DNA of 64,000 nt from Alphaproteobacteria bacterium (GCA_964291265.2 OZ219747.1:2240001-2304000); one strand, 5' to 3'. Counted from the stretch's first letter, positions 1 to 10,582 are shown. Notes: generated by a model from the sequence alone, not told the origin. Numbers and translations are program-made.

Positions 1-872
1 ACCGCGAGGGCGACTTCTGGGAACTGCTCGCCCATGCCGCGGACGCCGGAGCCGCGCTGCTGGTGCGTGCGAGCCGTTCGGCGAAACAGCGCGTGGGTGA
101 GCCCGACGGCAAAAAGACGTGCCTGTGGAAGCATGTCGCGGCCCGGCCGCTGGTCGCGGTGACGGAGCTGACGATCCCGGCCGCTGGCGGCCCGCGCGCC
201 CGCAAGGAGCGCGTCGCCCGTCTCGAGATCCGCACGGCACAGGTCGAGGTGGCGCCGCCGCAAAAAGAGCGCGACGCGGAGCCTGTGTCCATGTTCGCGG
301 TCTCGGCCAGCGAGGCCGGAACCGGTGACGGCGACGAGGCCCTGCACTGGCTGCTGCTGACCACCGAGCGCCCGGCACCAGGGGAGGCCGAGGCCGTGCA
401 CGCGGCGACCGTCCTGGGCTGGTACCGGACGCGATGGAGCATCGAGACCTGGTTCCGCACGCTGAAGACCGGGACCCGGATCAAGGACCGCCGGCTCGAC
501 AGGGCCGACGACCTGAAGACGTGCCTTGCCTTCGACGCCGTCACCGCCGTCCATGTTGCCGACCTGACCGTGCTTGCGCGCGAGCGTCCCTTGACCCCGG
601 CGAGCGAGGTGTTTGCCGAGGAGGACATCGACCTGCTCCGCACGCTGCTGGAATCCCAGGGTCACCGGGAGGTCCGGGCGATGGGCGATGTCCGTGCCGT
701 CGTCATCGGCCTTGGGCGCCTTGTCGGGTGGCATCCCACGCCGCGCCAGACGCTCCCGGGAGCGAAGAAGCTCTGGCAGGGTCTCGAAAGGCTGAACTGG
801 GCGATCCAGGTGCGTGACGCACTTGGCGCAAGAAGGCGGCGCGAAGCACTCGGTGAGAGAAGGCGGGAGTAA
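1..872 (+). CDS. IS4-family (IS50/Tn5-like) transposase, C-terminal part; enters from the window edge
   Basis: WLLLT, YxxRWxIExxFRxLK (YREK) motif and LGxLxGW...PGxKxLWxG C-terminal motif. Confidence 0.85.
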   Translation, partial: REGDFWELLAHAADAGAALLVRASRSAKQRVGEPDGKKTCLWKHVAARPLVAVTELTIPAAGGPRARKERVARLEIRTAQVEVAPPQKERDAEPVSMFAVSASEAGTGDGDEALHWLLLTTERPAPGEAEAVHAATVLGWYRTRWSIETWFRTLKTGTRIKDRRLDRADDLKTCLAFDAVTAVHVADLTVLARERPLTPASEVFAEEDIDLLRTLLESQGHREVRAMGDVRAVVIGLGRLVGWHPTPRQTLPGAKKLWQGLERLNWAIQVRDALGARRRREALGERRRE

Positions 873-902
873 CATCCCTATACACGCGTGGGTGGTTGAA
901 AG
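1..902 (+). mobile_element. Right part of an IS4-family element inserted, inverted, into a related element
   Basis: Ends in GTTGAAAG (895-902); the same octamer at 1819-1826 marks the opposite-strand left end of the host copy. Confidence 0.6.
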
Positions 903-1773
903 GCGCCGCCTGGCCCATGACACGCTCAGGCTCCCGGCACAGCACGGCGCGCCAGTCAGGCGTCAGGGGCTTCATCCATACGGACCGCTGCACGCCCGGG
1001 CCGGTGGCCCCGGGAGGTCGACCCGAGGTCATCTCCTCACAGCGCTCCCAGCCCGCCGCCCGGTAGCTCACGCCGCTGTGCTCGGGACCCACATACGTGT
1101 ACGCCAGAACCGGCTTCACCCCGTACTTCTCGTGCCAGTCCGTAGCCAGACGCCGGCAGGCACAGGCCAGGGCATGGGAGGCCAACTCCTTCACATCCAC
1201 CGATGGAAGAATCAGGAAGCGATCATTGTTGACGATCTCGCCGAGGTGGGCGACACGGGCTCCCTGGGACCAGCCGATGAAGTCGTCGCGCGCCTTCTGG
1301 TGCCAACTCGCCGCACCAAACACCAGGCCGCCGAGGCGACCGTGGCGCGACGAGGTGATCCAGTAGCTCACCCGGGCTCCGGGTGCGCACGCCTCGCCTT
1401 CGGGATGCCAGGTCGCCATCATCGAACGGGCCAGGCGCTTGTCCTCGCCCTCGCCCACAGGCTCCAAGGTGACCTCTCCAAGGTCCTCCAGAGAACAGGC
1501 GAGGAGCTTGTCGGGATAGTCCCGCTCAAGGGTGTCGGCGCCGGTGCCGAAGGCATCAGGCCTTGGTGCAGGAAGGGCGATGTCGAGCGACGCAGCAAGG
1601 TCAGGCAGGGCCGCACGCGCCGAGGCAAGACACAGCTCGCCCTTCGCGTTGCGCCACTCCTCGCGCTCGCACAATCCCCGCGCCAGAGACGAGCGTGTGC
1701 TGCCCTCGGCAGCCGACGCCGCCTTCAGCCAGTCAACCGTCGTCGCAGACAGATGTCGAAAGCCGATCCTCAT
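903..1773 (-). pseudogene. DUF4338 (DruA-like) domain, probably the N-terminus of an IS4-type transposase, truncated by the insertion ending at 902
   Basis: FGAASWHQKARDDFIGW, VNNDRFLILP, LAS, DWHEKYGVKPVLAYTYV and G.SYRAAGW motifs typical of DUF4338. Confidence 0.75.
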
Positions 1774-1780
1774 GGGCCAC

Positions 1781-1809
1781 TATGTAAGGCCTCATGAACG
1801 TCGAGTCAA
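1781..1809 (-). promoter_or_regulatory. Putative sigma70 promoter of the DUF4338 ORF
   Basis: TTGACT-17 nt-TACATA on the minus strand, 8 nt upstream of the ATG at 1773. Confidence 0.45.
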
Positions 1810-1826
1810 GCCTGTCCCGTTGAAAG

Positions 1827-1960
1827 CCCTGGGACTCCAGAGTCGTGCGGAACAGGTCGATGTCCTCCTCCGCAAACACTTGCTCGCCGGGGTCTCGGGA
1901 CGTTCGCGCTGTAAGCTTCGGTCACACGGTGATTGGCGCGATGACAGCGTTGAGCGAATG
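1827..1960 (-). pseudogene. Degenerate fragment of another IS4 transposase copy
   Basis: Reads ERPETPAS/FAEEDIDLFRTTLESQG across a frameshift, matching ERPLTPASEVFAEEDIDLLRTLLESQG of the 1-872 ORF. Confidence 0.6.
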
Positions 1961-2065
1961 TAGGCGAGTCTCCGGTTATGCGTAATTGTCTCTTTCCTCC
2001 TCTTCATCGTCATCCATTGACTGAACGCTTACCGGTGGGGTTGGTGTGATCCGCCAGGTTGTCGG

Positions 2066-2634
2066 CTTCGTCGCATTCAGATCATTTTCCAGAGCCCGGA
2101 CCAGTCCCTCAATCCGGAACGGCGCGTCGACGGCGCCATCGGCAGGCCCCTCGAACTCTATTTCGGCATGTCGGGTTCCGAGAAGTACGACCGGATTGCC
2201 GATCTCCTCGAGATGGTCGGACTCGACCCCGATGACGCGGGACGCTTTCCCGCCGAGCTGTCGGGGGGTGAGCGCCAGCGTGTCTCCATTGCCAGGGCCT
2301 TTGCCGCCGAGCCTGACGTCATCCTGTGTGACGAAGTTCTCTCCGCCCTCGATACCGTGGTGGCCGCCCGTGTGCTCGAACTGATGAAGGAACTGCGGGA
2401 ATCCCAGCAGATGGCATACGTCTTCATCAGCCACGATCTCTCGACGGTCGCGTCGATCGCTGACCGGGTGGCGGTCATGTATGCCGGCAGGATCGTCGAC
2501 GCCGGGTACACCGACGATGTGTTCGCCCCGCCGCATCATCCCTACACGCAGCTTCTCATCAACTCCGTGCCGGTGCTGCGCCAGGGATGGCTCGAGGAGG
2601 TCATCACAAGCCGCGAGACGGAAGCGGGCATGCG
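2066..2634 (+). pseudogene. Dipeptide/oligopeptide ABC transporter ATPase, 5'-truncated; part upstream of the group II intron
   Basis: IQIIFQSPDQSLNP, LSGGERQR signature, ILCDE Walker B, FISHDL, HPYT. Confidence 0.85.
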
Positions 2635-3443
2635 GTGTGGCGAACTGGCGGAAGGTAGGGGGTGAAAGTCCCCTGAAACGAAGGAGTAACCAAACCACGT
2701 TTCTCCGCGAGCCGTGCGTCGGTTCCCGCGAGGGGGCAGGCGAAGCGTCGGTAGCGGTGCGGATGGGCAGGGCTAATGAGCACCGAAAAATCCATGTTTC
2801 GGGGTGCCGAGGCTTTCGTAATGGTCGAAGGCAACATCGCAGGCATCGATTTGGTGAGATGTCGGCGAGCTCCGCGGTGTCAGAGAACCCATGCACGTCC
2901 GTACGCCTTCTGTTGGGACCCTGGGAGGTCTTCGAACTATCCCGCCTGTCGTGGCGGGACCGTGTAGGGAAAGGAGAAAGCCGAAGCCTATGAGGAACGG
3001 TTTGAAGAAGTCAGATTCGGCCATAGTGTGTGCTGGGCAGCGCCCAGATCAGGTGGGTTCAAGTCCCACTGGCGCTCGGGTAAGGGGCGCCATATCCAAA
3101 AGCGGGGGTCATTCCTCGCTGGCCGGGGTGAGCGAATAAGCGACGCCCTAAACGGGCACGAAGTTGGAAACGACGGACACTGCCAAGGGAAGAGCTAAGG
3201 TAACTACTCACCCCCTACTGATGACGGATCGTTTTTCCTGACGGGTTCGGATCCGGCATTTTCTCTTGCCGCCTTCACTTGCTCGCTGCCGATGATCGGA
3301 TGTGCGTGTTCCGACTGACAAGAAGCGGATCGATCTTCGGCTTCAGCTCCACGTTCCGGCCTTGTATGACCAGGTTTTGTCCCCGTGATGATGCAATCAT
3401 CCACAGCGGTTGGCTGCCTTTCCAATCCTCTGGAGATATGCGC

Positions 3444-3472
3444 TTGACATTGTAGGAGGGGCACTCTACATG
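3444..3472 (+). promoter_or_regulatory. Putative sigma70 promoter of the MTase-tnpC unit (copy A)
   Basis: TTGACA-17 nt-TACATG; an equivalent motif lies upstream of the copy B MTase. Confidence 0.5.
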
Positions 3473-4078
3473 CTGGCCATCGGGGCGGTTTGCGTCGGAG
3501 ATATTGATGGCGGCATGGTACGGATCGAAGGCGACGACGGGTCTGAGCCAGGCGATCGTCGCGGCCATGCCGCCGCATGACGTGTACATCGAGGCGTTCC
3601 TTGGGGGCGGCGCGATCATGAAGCGCAAGCCTCCGGCGCTACGCAGCATCGGCATCGACCTCAACCGACGGGCGATCGACACCTTCCGCTGTGACTATCC
3701 GGTGGAGCTTCACCAAGGCTGCGCCCTGCGTTTTCTCGAGACCTTCGCCTTCCAGGGCCGCGAGCTGGTCTACTGCGACCCGCCTTACGTGCAGTCGACG
3801 CGCCGGTCGCAGCGCCGCTACCGCTTCGACTGCACGGACGACGACCATGCAGGACTTTCCTACGCTACGGCTGATTTTTCGGGAAGCCGATGAATCGCGC
3901 CCGAATCGGCCATCTGATCTTTCGCGAGGCCGACGAATCGAGGCCGAATCGGGATGTCCTGGACGGATTCCGTGGCTTCAGTGCCGTCCGCATGGCGACA
4001 CCGGCAGCGTTTTCGGCCCGGATGCTTGGTTCTTGATGTTCTAGCAGCGTTCCGGGGTCCCCGGACGCTCAAGGCGTC

Positions 4079-6156
4079 TCAGGGCCGGGTCAGGGCGTTG
4101 ATGGCCTCGCGACGGTCCAGTTGTAGGCGGCGCCGGGTTTCGGCGAGGCTTTCGGCCTCGCGGCGGTTGGCGAAGATCACCGCGAGCGCGATGTTGTTGA
4201 GGCTGGCCCGGTTCGCCGGGCCGTTGTCGGTGCGGGTCAGGCAGGCGTCTTCGCCGAAGACGCAATCCCTTTGTCGATGGTTCAGATTTTCCACGGCCCA
4301 GTGGCGGCGGTTCAGTCGCAGCAACTCTTCCGGCGACGTGGCCCCCGTATCGAGAGAGGTGATGATGTAATCGGTTTCCGTGTAATCCTTCTCTTCTTGC
4401 TTCCCGGCATCGCCGGAGCCTTTCTTCCCGGCATCGCCGGGGCCTTTCTTCCCGGCATCGCCGGGGCCTTTCTTCCCGGCATCGCCGGAGCCTTCCTTCC
4501 CGGCATCGCCGGGGCCTTCCTTCCCGGCATCGCCGGAGCCTTCCTTCCCGGCATCGCCGGAGCCTTCCTTCCCGGCATCGCCGGAGCCTTTCTTCCACGG
4601 CTCCCGATAGCGGGTGATGCGGGCGACCTGACGGACGCCCGGATAGTTGATCAGACCGTCCAACGGGACGAGGACGCTGATCGAACGCTGCTCCAGTCGA
4701 CCGTGCGCCTTGTCGAACGGCTCCGTGAAGTGGCCGGTAGCGTCTTTTTGCCAATTGATGCTGTCGAGGATGGCGAAGGTCTCCGGAGCGTTGCCCTTGA
4801 CGACGAAGACGTAATCCGCGCGTTGTGTGATCAGCTTTGCGGTATGGCGTGTCGTGTGCAGCGCGTCGAGGGTGATCACCTTGCCGCCGATGTCGCTGCG
4901 CTCCAGGAGATCGTGCATGGCCGCCAGTTCGCCGCCTTCGTCGTTGAAGTTCAGGAGGGAAAAGGGCGCGCCGGTCTCATGGTCGACAAGGGCCACGGTC
5001 TCGTGACGGCCATCGCCGTTGCGGTTGGCGCCGCGGATGCGCTTGCCGTCGGCGGCGAGTGCACGGGCGAGGTGAAGCCGAGGCCGGGACCAGCGGGTGA
5101 GCACATCCTCCAGAGCCTCGGGGTCGATCGACTGGATAACCCGGTGGATGGTGGACTTGGAGACGGGCTCGCGAAGCCCCGTCTTCGGGTTAAGCCACGC
5201 GCCGATGGCCTCCAACTCCTCCTGGGACAGGGACCGCGCGAACTGCGCGGCGGCGACACAGCCCTTCATGTTGGCGAACTCGGCGAGCACGTGCACGGTG
5301 AGCACCGATGCCGCGGTATGCTTCCTTCCCTGCGCCCGGCGGAAGTCGGGAATGGCCGCGAGCTCGGCGTAGAGCGAGCGCAGCACCTTGGGGTCCCGGG
5401 GCGCCAGTTCGGGGCATGAGGGCGGCGCCACGTCGGGGGGAAGCGGCAGCGGGCTCGACAGCAGCGCCCGGGCATCGCGCCTCAGTGCCGTAACGTAGAT
5501 ATCCTTGGGCTTGCCGTGAGGATCGGTGTAACGCCCGTTGGAGCGGGCAAACCCCTTGGTCTCACCCAGACACGTCCAGCCCGCAGCCCTCAACATCGTG
5601 CCGGCAAAGATCTCCGGATCGCAGAACGTCTCCGCCAGCAGCACCCCGTGGCCGTGCACCTGCAGCCAATCGTCACAGAGCCGGCGCGTCATGCACGCAA
5701 GGAAACTCAGAAGCAAGGTTCGCAAACACCCCGGGCTTGGAGATGAGCAAGAACCGCGTGTTGTTGGCCACCACCCCGAGCCGCTGGAACTGCTGCTTAA
5801 GGCTTCCAGCCGGTCCACTGGTCGCGGGGAGCGCACTTGAAGGCGCCGTTCTGCCACGCCGCCAGCCCCAGCCAATGGCCCCTGAAGGTCGCAAGGTAGC
5901 GCAGACCGCGACCCGCCAGGCGACGGAAGCCGAGATAGTGGTGCTTGTTCATCAGCGCGTCCCACAGCGGACGCTCCTCCGGCCTCGCCAGGCGAACATC
6001 GACCTCAGACAGGGAAAAACCCTCAGGTGCTTCCTGATGGATCGGGACAGCTTCCATGAGCTTGCGAATCGACATGACCGGACCGTCGCACATCCCAAGC
6101 GGGATGGCCAGCGGAAAATGTCCGCGCGCGTGCAACATACGAACGCCTGACGTCAA
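4079..6156 (-). pseudogene. DUF4338-ISAs1 transposase fusion with two frameshifts (~5800, ~5700)
   Basis: HHYLG, RDQWTGW, NNTRFL (DUF4338), then PDFRRAQGRKH, DGKRIRG, TLDALHT, VKGN, HGRLEQR, RRHWAVEN (ISAs1 DDE). Confidence 0.85.
4401..4596. repeat. 24-bp tandem repeat x8, in frame within the ISAs1 transposase
   Basis: TTCCCGGCATCGCCGG(A/G)GCCTT(T/C)C units encoding K(K/E)G(S/P)GDAG. Confidence 0.95.
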
Positions 6157-6520
6157 GTGAAATCAAGCGAATTCCAGCGTGGGAAGGCCTTGACGACCAT
6201 GTTGCGCTCCTTGACATCCTGACGTCGCTGCCCTGCCAGGTGATGATCTCCGGCTATCCCTCGCGGCTCTACGACACGCACCTCGCCGGCTGGCGCTCGG
6301 CCGAGATCCAGGTCAACAACCAGGCCTGCGTTGTCACCGAGAAGCTGTGGTTCAACTTCGCACCGGGCCGGCCGCACTGGCATACGTGTGCGGGCAGGAA
6401 CTCGATCGACCGCCAGCGCATCAAGCGCCTCGCAGAGAGCTGGGCGCGGCGCTACCGGACGATGCCCGAAGGCGAGCGGCTCGCCGTGCTGGCGGCAGTC
6501 ATGGCGGTGGAGGCGTCGTC

Positions 6521-7999
6521 ATGGCGAGCGTGAACGGCACGTCTGTGCGCCAGGAGGCCGACGTCTTCCAGAAGCAGTTCCAGGATCTCCGCAAGCAGGG
6601 CAAGGTCAACCAGGAGTGCGAGGAGCTCTTCCGCGGCATGCTGATGCTGATAAAGCTGTTGCTGACCGTGCTCATGGAGAAGATCACACGCAAGACAAGC
6701 CGGAACTCCGGTCTGCCGCCATCGCAGACTGACAAGGACGAGAGCGCGAGGCGCACCGGGAGCCACGGCAAGGGCCCGAAGCCGAACCAGCAGACGGGCG
6801 ACAACCTGCGCACGACCACCATCGAGGAGACGATCACCGTCGATGCCTGCGACGCCTGCGGCGCCGACCTCCACGACGTCGACCCCGTCGACCGGGAGTG
6901 CCGCGTCCTCTACGACATCGTGTTCGAAGTCGTCGAGCGCCGCGTCGAAGCCGAGATCAAGGAATGTCCGAAGTGCCGGGCCCGGACCAAGGGCCGGTTC
7001 CCAGACAACATGCCGGGCCCCCTGCAGTACGGCGTCAGCATCCAGGCCCTCGTCATCAACCTGCTGATCGCCCAGATGCTGTCCCTGCGTCGTGCCGTCT
7101 CGCTCGTGCACGCGATCTCCGGCATCAAGCTCTCCGAGGCGACCTGCCTCGGCTATGTCCGGCGCTTTCACGATGCCCTCGCATCATGGGAGGAGGCCGC
7201 CGTGGCCCATCTCCTGCAACAACCGGCCCTGCATGTCGACGAGACCGGCTTCCGGGTCGCCGGCAAGACCCAATGGCTCCATGTCGTCACCGACGGCACC
7301 CTGACGTGCAAGTTCCCGCACCCCAAGCGCGGCCGGGAGGCGATCGAAGAGATCGGCATCATCCCGCGCTACAAGGGCGTCCTGATCCACGACTGCTGGG
7401 CTGCCTACATGGGCTACGATCAATGCCGCCACCAACTGTGCGGCAGCCATCTCCTGCGCGAACTGACCTTCGTCGTCGAGTCCAACGGCTACCGCTGGGC
7501 GCGACTGATGAAAAGCCTACTGCGCGAGGTCTCCCGCAGGGTCAACAAGAGCGCATCCAAGACCTTGAACGAGGCCGACCGCCGGGCCGTGCGCAAGCGC
7601 TACCGCACCATCCTCACCCAGGGCGCCAAGGAACTGCCCGACATCCCGCCACGGACGAAAGGAAAACGGGGACGCATCGCAAAGTCCGACGCGCACAACC
7701 TGCATGAACGTCTCGTGAAACACGAGAAGTCCGTCCTGCGCTTCATGAAGGACCCCAACGTCAGTTTCACAAATAATACCGGAGAGCAGAAGATCAGGAT
7801 GACAAAGGTCAAGATCAAGGTGTCCGGATGTTTCCGCACCATGCCCCACGCCAAGGCATGGTGCCGCGGCTCAAGCTACCTCACCACCATGGACGCACTC
7901 GGCTACAACCCTCACGTCGCCATCCACATCGCCCTCGACGGAAAGGCCGTAGACATCCTCAACCAGCACTACGGACAACCAGACCCTAACAAGGGGTGA
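6521..7999 (+). CDS. tnpC: IS66-family transposase TnpC, intact
   Basis: NSGLPPS, CxxC zinc finger, HVDETG, WLHV, LIHDCW, HQLCGSHLLREL, FTNN.GEQKIRM.KVKIKVSGCFRT. Confidence 0.92.
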   Translation: MASVNGTSVRQEADVFQKQFQDLRKQGKVNQECEELFRGMLMLIKLLLTVLMEKITRKTSRNSGLPPSQTDKDESARRTGSHGKGPKPNQQTGDNLRTTTIEETITVDACDACGADLHDVDPVDRECRVLYDIVFEVVERRVEAEIKECPKCRARTKGRFPDNMPGPLQYGVSIQALVINLLIAQMLSLRRAVSLVHAISGIKLSEATCLGYVRRFHDALASWEEAAVAHLLQQPALHVDETGFRVAGKTQWLHVVTDGTLTCKFPHPKRGREAIEEIGIIPRYKGVLIHDCWAAYMGYDQCRHQLCGSHLLRELTFVVESNGYRWARLMKSLLREVSRRVNKSASKTLNEADRRAVRKRYRTILTQGAKELPDIPPRTKGKRGRIAKSDAHNLHERLVKHEKSVLRFMKDPNVSFTNNTGEQKIRMTKVKIKVSGCFRTMPHAKAWCRGSSYLTTMDALGYNPHVAIHIALDGKAVDILNQHYGQPDPNKG

Positions 8000-8969
8000 G
8001 TAGTTACGAGCTAAGTTGGTTCACTGTCGAGAGACAACCGGAGGGCAGGGTGTCCACCGTGAGGTGGAATCTGAAGGGCTTGCGGAGAAGTACCGGGCCG
8101 TAATCGAGGGGGCGACCCCATGATGAATCGGTCGGCCAAAGACGGGGCAAGGTCGAGCCGGCACTATGGCGGCGAAGGCGTTCTTACTCACCCGTCGCAC
8201 CAAGGTGTTTGCGAACGGCACGGTACGGAAGATCTGGACGTGACTCCAGGAGGGCTCGTCGTGTTCCCGGGTGGCACCGGGATAACGGCCCCTATAAGCC
8301 GAGAGGCGAAGTGGGAAAGGATGCACGGCGAGCAATCGGACAACCGAATAGTACCACAAGCCCGGTGAAAGCCGGGTGACCGCGCGAGCGGCGACCGGGT
8401 GGGTCGGGGAAGGCGGTTGGCAGAGGTGGTTGGTGAGAGACGGTGAAGGAGCGAGTAAGGATCATGACGCGGACAAGTTCCATGAGCGAAAGACCCGGAC
8501 GTCATGGGCCGAGGAGACTGGTTCACTGGCTCAACCTGACGGGAGAAAGGAAGGTCCACTCACTGGTGGGATCGCTTGATCTCACTGGTTCCTTCCCTGA
8601 ACCTTCGAAGAGCCCCCCCTGTGAAAGCGGCTTACGGGAAAACCGTACGGGCCGTTTGAGCGGCGGACGGAGGCCAGCCCTGCGGGGCGCCTCTTCCGAC
8701 CCGACACCTGTGAAGGCGGCGAACAAGGGAGCGTCAGCTTCTGCGGAGTCGCTGGAGGAAAGGGCCTCAACCAAGGGGAATCCGGGACGCCAAAGCACGC
8801 ACCGAACGCAGTGTCGGGCAAGCGTGCCACAGGCGGCGGCTCGGATACGGGAAGCCACAGGCCAGTCCAGTGGTTTGCCGTCCAGTACCCGAGGTAGGAG
8901 CCGGATGGATTAACGTCCACGTCCGGATCTGCGCGGGGGGTGCGCAGCAATGCGCATCCCTACCGCGTC

Positions 8970-9141
8970 TTCCAATGTCATGCTTCACGACCGCCCGTGT
9001 CCCTTTCGCATGCGCTGCCCCCTTGTCATGTCCGGAACCTGCGACAGGGAGCCGGCGCCGGCAAGGGAGATGGCACACGGGCACATCGTCATGTGCCAGC
9101 ACGACGAGGCAACCCTCCTCGCGGCGCAGGGCGGAACCTGA
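8970..9141 (+). pseudogene. 3' part of the ABC ATPase (Cys-rich oligopeptide-transporter C-terminal domain)
   Basis: CPFRMRCP...C...P...H...C pattern; in frame with 2066-2634 after intron removal. Confidence 0.8.
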
Positions 9142-9148
9142 TTCCTCC

Positions 9149-10582
9149 CTACCCGTCGAGCGGCGGTCTCGTTGCGGAATCGCCGTAGAGCGGCATGGCA
9201 GACCCGATCGCATGGGCCACCCGGAACACGGTCTCTTCGTCGAAGGGGTTGCCGACGATCTGAATGCCCGTGGGGACCCCGTTGGAGTCGAAGCCCGAGG
9301 GGACGGACAGCACCGGCAGGCGGCTGAACGCGTTGAATGCCGGGGTCATGATGACACTGTGGATGTCATGGTTGACACCGCCGACGCTGACGGGCTGTTC
9401 CCAGTCCCTCAGGTCCGCCGGAATCGCGGTGGTTCCCACCGTCGGGCAGATGAAGACGTCGTGGCGCGCCAGGTCGGGCATGAACGTCAGCCAGGCGTTG
9501 CCGATCGCCTTCATGCAGTCGTGGAACATGCGGGGCGTATAGTGTTCGTTGCGTCGTGCGAAGGTCACCGTGTAGTCGCAGGCGAGGTCGGGATGGTGAT
9601 CCGCTGCATCGCTGAATTCATCGGCATAGATCATCCCTCCCCAGGCCGGGAAAGCGTCCAGCAGGTCCCCGGCCCACGGGGTGGCAATCTCTTCCGTGCC
9701 GGCTCCGCCAAGGGCCGTTTCGACGGTCCGCCGCGTGTTCCTCCTCACCGCGTGCGAGACGGCGTGGCAACCGAGATCCTCCGACCAGGCCACCTTCAGC
9801 CCCTCCACGCCTGCAGGACACTCGGACAACAGGGGAGCACCCGGAACATGTGCCGGGTCCCTTGCCCCATGGGGACTGTTGGCGATAGCGTTCTGCACGA
9901 GCGCGGCGTCGCCGCTGGTACGGGTCATGGGGCCGATGTGAAAGAAGGGATCCATCGCCACCTCGGGACTTCCGGGGTTGCGGCCGTAAGGTGGCTTGTA
10001 GCCGGTGATGCCGCACATGGCGGCCGGCATCCTGATGCTTCCGGCGCTGTCGGAACCGGTGGCAAGCGTCGTTGTTCCTGCAGCGACGGCGGCGGCAGCG
10101 CCGCCGGACGAGGCGCCGCACGTGATCGCCGTGTTCCATGGATTGCGCGTCACCCCGTGCAGGCGCGACGTGCAGGTCCAGGGCCAGACGAATTCCGGGC
10201 ACGTGGTGAGGGCATGGATGATCGCGCCCTCATCGACAAGGGCGGCAATGGTGGGATTGGTATGATCCGCCAGGTTGTCGGCGAAGATGAGGGATCCAAA
10301 GGTCCGGGGCTTGCCGAAAACAGCCGTATCTTCCTTGACCGCCAGCGTCAGGCCCTCAAGTCGTCCGGGACCGCCATCCTTCCCGGCATAGCGCGCTTCC
10401 GAGCGCCGTGCCGCTTCCAGGGCTTCATCGAAGAAGGTGTAGGCAAGGGCATTGACACGATCCTCGACCACGCTGGCACGAGCGATCTGTGCCTCGAGAA
10501 CGTCCACGGGCGAGAGCTCGCGGGTCCTGAACAGGCGCAAGGTCTCTCCGGCGTCAAGAAAGCAGAGATCGGTGTCGTTCAT
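9149..10582 (-). CDS. Amidase signature family protein
   Basis: AVKE catalytic Lys, GASSGG, GSDSAGSIRMPA. Confidence 0.9.
   Translation of the reverse strand: MNDTDLCFLDAGETLRLFRTRELSPVDVLEAQIARASVVEDRVNALAYTFFDEALEAARRSEARYAGKDGGPGRLEGLTLAVKEDTAVFGKPRTFGSLIFADNLADHTNPTIAALVDEGAIIHALTTCPEFVWPWTCTSRLHGVTRNPWNTAITCGASSGGAAAAVAAGTTTLATGSDSAGSIRMPAAMCGITGYKPPYGRNPGSPEVAMDPFFHIGPMTRTSGDAALVQNAIANSPHGARDPAHVPGAPLLSECPAGVEGLKVAWSEDLGCHAVSHAVRRNTRRTVETALGGAGTEEIATPWAGDLLDAFPAWGGMIYADEFSDAADHHPDLACDYTVTFARRNEHYTPRMFHDCMKAIGNAWLTFMPDLARHDVFICPTVGTTAIPADLRDWEQPVSVGGVNHDIHSVIMTPAFNAFSRLPVLSVPSGFDSNGVPTGIQIVGNPFDEETVFRVAHAIGSAMPLYGDSATRPPLDG

Larger units (their letters stand above)
3850..6192 (-). mobile_element. 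ISAs1-family element with a DUF4338-fused transposase
   Basis: TIRs CAGGACTTTCCTACGCT / CAAGGCCTTCCCACGCT; 9-bp TSD ACGACCATG at 3841-3849 and 6193-6201. Confidence 0.88.
3507..6533 (+). pseudogene. Short Dam-like (D12 class) N6-adenine DNA methyltransferase, split by an ISAs1 element (3507-3849 + 6202-6533)
   Basis: YGSK, YIEAFLGGGA, YCDPPY, VMISGY; the halves rejoin in frame (DDDH|VALLDILTSLPCQ) to about 224 aa. Confidence 0.9.
3200..8007 (+). mobile_element. IS66-family (ISBst12-like) element carrying a DNA adenine methyltransferase, copy A
   Basis: 15-bp perfect TIR GTAACTACTCACCCC / GGGGTGAGTAGTTAC; 8-bp TSD GAGCTAAG at 3192-3199 and 8008-8015. Confidence 0.93.
3028..8705 (+). mobile_element. 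Inner group II intron, ORF-less, inserted in the outer intron (twintron)
   Basis: Starts GTGTGC; domain V AAGCGGCTTACGGGAAAACCGTACGGGCCGTTT (~8625-8657); ends CCGACCCGAC; only a short stub resembling an IEP start (RKVHSL) remains. Confidence 0.8.
2635..8969 (+). mobile_element. Outer group II intron, ORF-less (IEP internally deleted)
   Basis: Starts GTGTGG; AAGTCAGATTCGGCCATAGT|ACCTGTGAAG D2/D3 junction; domain V GAGCCGGATGGATTAACGTCCACGTCCGGATC (~8898-8929) and domain VI ending CCTACCGCGTC; removal restores ATG-CG|T-TCC-AAT in frame. Confidence 0.85.

Noticed and set aside
903-1773. Druantia defence system
   Set aside because: Only the DUF4338 domain is present, inside IS ends; no DruE-like or other dru genes adjacent
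4401-4596. Possible CRISPR array
   Set aside because: Contiguous 24-bp units with no spacers, in frame in a transposase; no cas genes
8021-8950. Short ORFs in 8021-8950 and 2604-3139
   Set aside because: They overlap group II intron RNA domains; no RT motifs (no YADD)
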